DNA of 60,469 nt, the filler included, from Platydemus manokwari (Eukaryota), in assembly GCA_037951405.1 (NCBI GenBank). It is 4 parts of 4 records of this genome, joined end to end, with 100 filler letters (N's around TTAATTAATTAA, not from the genome) between each part and the next. Parts side by side here need not be neighbours in the genome. Positions count along the whole stretch, not along the records: positions 49,149 to 60,469 come from JBBMOY010765536.1; 3 more parts are not named here. The stretch is one strand, 5' to 3'. The notes beneath the pieces are model-generated. The model was given only the letters and a program-made list of their open reading frames with translations. It was not told the DNA's origin and did not search any database. Below are positions 52,562 to 60,469 of the stretch, in pieces. A program made the position numbers and the translations under genes. How positions within the stretch are numbered: the first letter of the stretch is position 1; each line of letters starts with the position of its first letter.

Positions 52562-54322
52562 ATTTTATCTACTTATTAATTTATGAGTAGTGTATTTTTT
52601 CTTCAAATGTTAATTATGTCCAGCCTACCTTTTGATGTTATTATTATAGATGACATGTGAAAATTATTTTTATTTGTAAATAATTTGCAATGCGATTTAG
52701 GATTTTTTAAATTTATGTCTAAATGGAGTAGCTCAACATCAAATCAAATTTATTTAATAAATATGTTGGATTAAATATTCATTAATTAGATATAAGTTGG
52801 TTTATCGAAACATTGAAAAATGTGCTCCATTATATTAAGAATCGGGTGAGTGTTATAGAATTATTATTTTGTACTTTTTCATGTTATAAAAAATTTATAT
52901 ATACTTTCATTGATACATACTAATCTGCAAGATAAAACTCATCAAAACGTCATATAAAACTTAGCTTTCAACTCCCAGTTAGTCATCTGTACATTGGTAC
53001 TTATGCTTGAGATATATGTGTAATTTTTGAATCACATTTTGATTTGATATCTTATTTCTCAAATTCCTATTGATTTTATCTGCTTGGTGTTGGTCAATCC
53101 CTGTGTGTGTTACTTTGTGGCTATGTTCCTTTTTCGAATTATAATTTTTCATTAAAGTTAGCTGTGATTGGATGGTTACTATACTTATATAGTGTATAGA
53201 CATGTAAAAGCTGAAAGTTCTAAAATAGGGGTTCCAAGGTTCAAAATCGTTTTTCTTTTTATGATATTTCATCCTTATTCGACACTATCCTAACAGTAGA
53301 TTTTTGATGAGAAGTTTTAGAATTGCAAGAAACATCTGAAAAAAATATTGAACAGCATTTTTATGAAAAAATAGTTAAGCTAATAAAGTGATTTTAGTCT
53401 TTACTGATTATCACTTGAAACCGCCAAGCATATTAGGCAAGACAAGGTTGCCTTTTACAAGCATTTTTTGTAGCATTATTTTATATAATATATTCAAGAC
53501 GAAATACTGTATAATTAATTTGTTAGTATAAGAATTTGATTATTAACTCGAGCTTATATATTAAGGTGATGAAAAACACCGATTTACAAAAAGTATTTTG
53601 TTGACTATTTCCTTTTGATTAGTAAACTTTCAAATCTTTGTAAAAAAAATTAATTAAACACAAAATCTCAATATCTATTCCCTATTTACTTTTACATCGT
53701 TTCAACTATAACTATCAACCTAAATAACAAATGAAATAAACCAAAGACTACCTTCTAAAAACTTAAATTTCGATTCTGTTTTCAATTATTGGGATTATAA
53801 TTAGTTACGCGTACTTGATTCTATACTAGTTTCAGAAGTCACATGGATCAAAGAGACTCCAGTGATCGATTGAGTATAATAATAATTTCTAACAAATCAA
53901 TATACGGACTAATAAAAATTTGTTTAACAAATCTCAAATACATTGTCTACATAGATTTACATAAATTTCTTTAATTGATTTTATCTCTATCCTTAATAAT
54001 TTTAACGAAGATTTATAATATTAACTAATTAAAGAGTGGCTATAAGAAAAGTTCCAATAACCAAGACAAATTCGAACATGTTTGCAATTCCTAACATAAA
54101 ATCAATTCTTTAAATCTAAGATCGATAAAAACAATCGCAACATTTTATCAAGTCATTGTAATGAGAGTAGAAAACAACATATTTTATAATAATAAATTTT
54201 TCAATTTTAAACAAATATACACATGTTAATCGAGATTAGAAACAAATAATCCATTACAAATTCAATATTTTCAGCATCATAAAACACTTGTTATTAAATA
54301 TTTATAAAAACACATTCTCAAT

Positions 54323-55664
<1,342 letters not shown>

Positions 55665-57149
55665 TACACTAGACAAATTTTAAATTAACAAAAGGTGATT
55701 ATGTAAGAGTTAGATTAAACAAACAAATTGTATTTTACTTCTTGAATTTAAGTTTATAAATTAAGAGTTTTATTATTGATTTTAATTAAATATAACTTAA
55801 ATTTATATGGAAAGAAATATTAGGGTGTAAAAATTAAATGTATAGATTTAAATATTAAAATGGAAGATATCGTTTAATTAGGAAGTCTATTAAGTGTATG
55901 TTATTTAGATGACTGCCATAAATTAAAAAAGATTCTAATTTATTCAGTAATGCTATGAAAATAAAATAATTTTTAGAATAGTTGTTTTGATTATTATTGC
56001 AATTATTTTTAATTTTACTTGAAAATCATTAATAAATAAATTAAAATTTTATAAATAACGCATTAGAACTGAAAACATTATATTACAAATATAATGACTA
56101 GCTAATGTAACAAATGATATTATTCTTGGAAACTTGTATAATAAATAAAAAATTCTTAAACCCGTAAATTTTTTATATTTCAAATTTTCATCTTATATAA
56201 AAATTGGAAATTAAATAAAATCTAACACTTCTACAAACTGTTAGAACAATAAAAGTTTTATAAAAATAGATTGAATGTTTGTTTTTATCTACTGAAATTT
56301 TGTTATATGGTACAAAGAACAAATAGAATTTAATCCCATAAGGCCAAATTATATCCAGTCCCAGTCGTAATCAACATTCTAAATCCACTTCTTAAAACTC
56401 TCAAATTGAAAAGTCTACATTGACGCTATTTTATTTGAATTTTGTGACAATGTTTGATTTTATAGTTAATTTTTCTTTACGAACATGTACAATTATTTAT
56501 AAAATAAAATTTTATTTATAAATATGTACAATTTATATAATTGAAATATTGTCTAATAAAAAGTAATAATATTATACAAGAAGAGAGTTAATTCAACTAA
56601 ATTATTCATAATGTAGAATAAAAAATATAATTGATGAAGTGGGTGAATTTTAAAATCGAAAATTATTAATGATGAGGGGGTATTTATCATAAATAATTAA
56701 ATTAAAATAAATAAAATTATGAGCGTGGGAAAAAATGGATTTCATAATCTGAAAAAGAAGTAGAAAACAATTAAATTGATTATTCATAACCCGCATAGGA
56801 AAAAACATATATAAGCAGTAGAGAAATAAGAAAAATTGTTCGCAAATAATTTAGAAAGAAATTAATTTCAAAAGACTTAACTACTCAACCAACTAGTTTG
56901 GAAAACAACATGTAGTTTATCTCGGTTTTTAATAGAAGAGTTTTTCTTTAAAATAGCTTACAGAATATAACGGTATATTATCAAAAGTTATCTTTGAGAA
57001 AGAGTGTATTTTATTCTTTGATAAGTAATCATACATTTATAAATCTATATTTAAAGATTTATTATATCAACGCAATGGGGGTTTGATACTGATACCTTTC
57101 CTTGATGACCCATTTTTGTTATTATTCTTATTTTCTAAATCTTGACTTT

Positions 57150-59585
57150 ATTTGAATGATAAATTAAATTTCTTTGTGTTGAGTAAAGATGAAATCTTCC
57201 AAAAGTAAAACGATTCTGCACCTTGAGACCATCATTTTAGTATTTTAAGTATATGTATGGCTACAAAACCAACCAATCAAAGAATACTTAGATAAATGAT
57301 TCCAATTCGAAAAATACAGATAGCCATATAGTAACACACATATAGGGATGGATAAATCCTCAGTACTTAAAATCAACAAATTCCTTTGATATCACAACAC
57401 TTGGTTTGATTGTTTTTCACTGACAAATATATATGTATACCTTACTAGAAAACACTTTACATTGTTATTAACCTGAATAAAAGAGCATTGGTTCAGACTT
57501 TGTCCTTTATTTTGATTATTCATAATCCACACATCCGTCGGATTGACATTGCACTTCAACCGGTAACATAGAGCTCACATTAGGCATAACTCCAACAGTA
57601 TTGTGAGCGGTATATTTTATTGAGATTACAGATTCTCATAAGGATATGAGAAGTTATGTGCAAAATTTGTAAATTTGGATCTATTTATATTATTTTGTGG
57701 GTATGGCTTTGCCATATTCGTCTTTGCATGTATTTACAAAATTTTTTCATTTGTTTTATTTGCAGTGCAAGGTTATTTTAAATTTAGTTATAATCTGTTT
57801 CGGTATATATTTTGACAGTCTTTTGTTTTTTCCTTCATCGTGGTTTTTAAAGCATTTAGTTTTTGTTTTCTGTGTCTGTACTTGTTTAGACAAAGGCTTG
57901 CTTGTACAGTAATTACAAATATAGACACAAATGTAGAAAAAAAAAGAATGATTGCTAAAAAATTACCCAGAAAAATTAAAGTGTTTGTGAAAAATTTAGT
58001 ATATAATTGTTTTACAAAATAGTCTGCCAAGCATCCAGTTGCATTGCTAATTATATAACAGCTAATAGTTATTTTTAATAGAATATTTACTACCGCCTTA
58101 AAAACGACTTCTTCTTGTTATCCATTTTTGACAAGTTTCGGTTCCATCTAAAACCATTGCTGTTATGAATATTGTTAATTTCAACGAAGAATCAGAACAC
58201 AACATCTTTCTTTATAGAAAATCTGCAGGACACAAAAGTCATGACTATTTATTATATAATATTTGTTGTATAATTAGTTTGGTAGTTAATCAAAAATATA
58301 TTTTAGTGTCATAATTATTCTATTATATATTCTTATTTATCATAAATCATATTATTAATAATAAATACTTTTTTATTAAGATTCGGATAGTGATAGAATA
58401 TACAATATTGATATTTGTAAAATGATCTTGCTTAAAAATTACTCCTAACCTCTCAATTGGAAAATCATTAAATTAACTAAAAGCATAATTTAAATCTGTT
58501 AAATAAAAAATAAAGATATAATATAAAAATGTGAACATTTTTATTTTGAATTAAAAAAGAAGATAAATCAGATGGAAATAAATTTTAAATATTTTGAAAT
58601 TTGTTTGAAAATTGATGTATTATAAATGTATATTTTTTGTTTTGTTGAAAACATGATTTTTGATTTGAAAATATTGTCAACTAAAAGTTAACACGATTAA
58701 AACTTTAGAGTAGGAATTATTACATTTTTTATTTTCGTCCAAAGAATGATTTAAGATTATTTAAATTTGACTCAACACTATCTACTCGTTCTCTCTTAAA
58801 TACCAAAATGGTATCAATGTCAGTTGATCAAACCTTTTCATAAAACAATATTTTGTCAGTTTAATTTCTTGTTATTTGTAATATCAAGTTCTGTTTCATT
58901 CGTTATCTCATTATAGATATTTTACATCTATTGAGTTATAAAAATTTAATATTTTCCTTTTTTGCTACATCCACATTCACATCCCAGGCTTTGATAATTT
59001 CTTCGACTAGATGGTCTATTCAGCAATGAACCAAAAAACTAATTCGTGAATAACTTTATCCTAAATTATAGTTTTCATACTAGGAGTTAGAATTCCATAC
59101 CACCGAATCAATAGAATATTGAAGCCTATAACAGACCTATAAAAATTCAGTTACTCTCAGCCCTTTGATTCTCTGTGTTGATTGTTATATTTAGTTCGTT
59201 CTTAGATTCTGAAATATATCAGTGTAAGTAATGAAAAGTATAGGCCATTTTGTTTGTCTTACCTTTAGATGAACGATGACTCTCTGTGATATCCTGAAAA
59301 TTTTACGTTGCTTTTACCTTTTGCTTGGAACTACAACTGGTTTTGGTCTAATTCGTCAGATTTTTAAAATTGCGAAATGCTTCTCTATCAGTTTGGGTGT
59401 ATTTCCGATACTGGTCAGAGCACATTGTTAGCTTTAGTAACTTTTTCAATTATAATCTTTCAAATACTCGTGTTTGTTGAGGAGAATTTTCCTTTTCAAA
59501 TATCACTTTTCTATCATAATTTGTCTCATTTAAAAGGTACTATATATTTTATTTTTTACAATGTCTTTCACTTGTTCCTGCTATA
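57150..59585 (-). mobile_element. Heavily decayed DNA transposon, possibly Mutator-like
   Basis: Ordered minus-strand fragments CECGC, VLDGT..CQK, IISNATGCLADYFVKQLY, CNYC...CFKNHDEG, EYGKAI and HKYC resemble recalled Mutator-like transposase blocks (DGTWQKRG; IxxxTGKVLDYEV; CxKNH; YYGKAI). Many stops. Confidence 0.35.
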
Positions 59586-60469
59586 AAGGATATTTAAGTA
59601 TCGCTGGGTTTAATAGGTTTCTCAATTTAATATAACTCATATTGAAACAAATTGAAAATTATGGGGAAATTAAGTAAGTATCAATACCCAATTAAGAGAT
59701 GAGTTGAGCTTTATTTTATTTTTATTGATAATATTAATTAAGTACACCTAACTCCATAAGGTATATGTATATAATGAGCAGGGCATGCATAAATTATATT
59801 TTAGAATGATCTGTATTTTTTCGCTAGCTTGATCCCTTCTGTGTACTATTTATTTTTCTGAAATTTGAATTCCTAAACTTAATAATTTTGAACTAAATAA
59901 TTAATTTTAAAATTATAAATTATTATTTCATTTTATTTCTAATGTCACGTTTTAATCTATAGTATTTTAACTTTATTTCGAACATTTATCATTAATTTTA
60001 GTCATTAAAATTTATTGTGTTTTATTCTTCAGTTACTATTTACTCTCAATTATATTAATCTTATATTTCATTTATTTTCAATTTTATTTGTTTTATCTTT
60101 GGTTTTACTTGTTTTATCTCGTTTTTTATCTTTGGAATCATACATATACGACTTTTGATAACTTTAGTTGGCTACCGTCTCCACTGATGACTAATTGTGT
60201 CAATTCTTCTGAAGGTTAATTGCGATAATTTGATTCGAATTTTTGCTGTAATTTTGATTATCCATATACAACCACAGTAACAAATAAATACATGTAAGGA
60301 ATGCACATAATTATAAAAAAATAATAGAAACACAATTATAATTAACATAATACATATGTTGGGGTTCTGACAAAAATGACAAATTTGACTAGAACAATAT
60401 CCTGTGTAATTATTTGATAAAGACAATATTCTGTGTATTCCGTGGATAAAAATATTCTATGTATAATTG

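Noticed and set aside
52979-53272. 97-aa minus-strand ORF between TANGO6 and PSMC4
   Set aside because: No recognisable domain or exon partners; likely chance or transposon debris.

Overview
Very AT-rich (roughly 25% GC by eye) animal genomic DNA with many short (about 35-60 bp) GT-AG introns mixed with kb-scale, transposon-littered introns. The style is compatible with a flatworm or similar invertebrate, but the species cannot be determined from the sequence. The window joins four contigs with identical 100-bp spacers (44 N + TTAATTAATTAA + 44 N), so adjacency across spacers is not evidence. Genes reconstructed by manual splicing: the 3' end of a PABP-like RRM protein, a complete but short CCDC170-like gene, the 5' half of a divergent CDC50/TMEM30 gene only 122 bp downstream, internal exons of aminoacylase-1, complete APH-1, an Lhx1/5-type homeobox exon, most of TANGO6 and complete PSMC4 (Rpt3). 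The rest is mostly decayed mobile DNA: hAT/Buster, mariner, Tigger/pogo, piggyBac-type MITEs, non-LTR fragments, a gag remnant and a possible solo LTR. The most interesting unexplained structure is a small non-coding LTR-like family (TRIM-like) present as a head-to-tail tandem array with shared terminal repeats, a stand-alone two-LTR copy and a solo LTR. Second is the operon-like CCDC170/CDC50 junction. All homology calls are from recalled motifs, not database searches.
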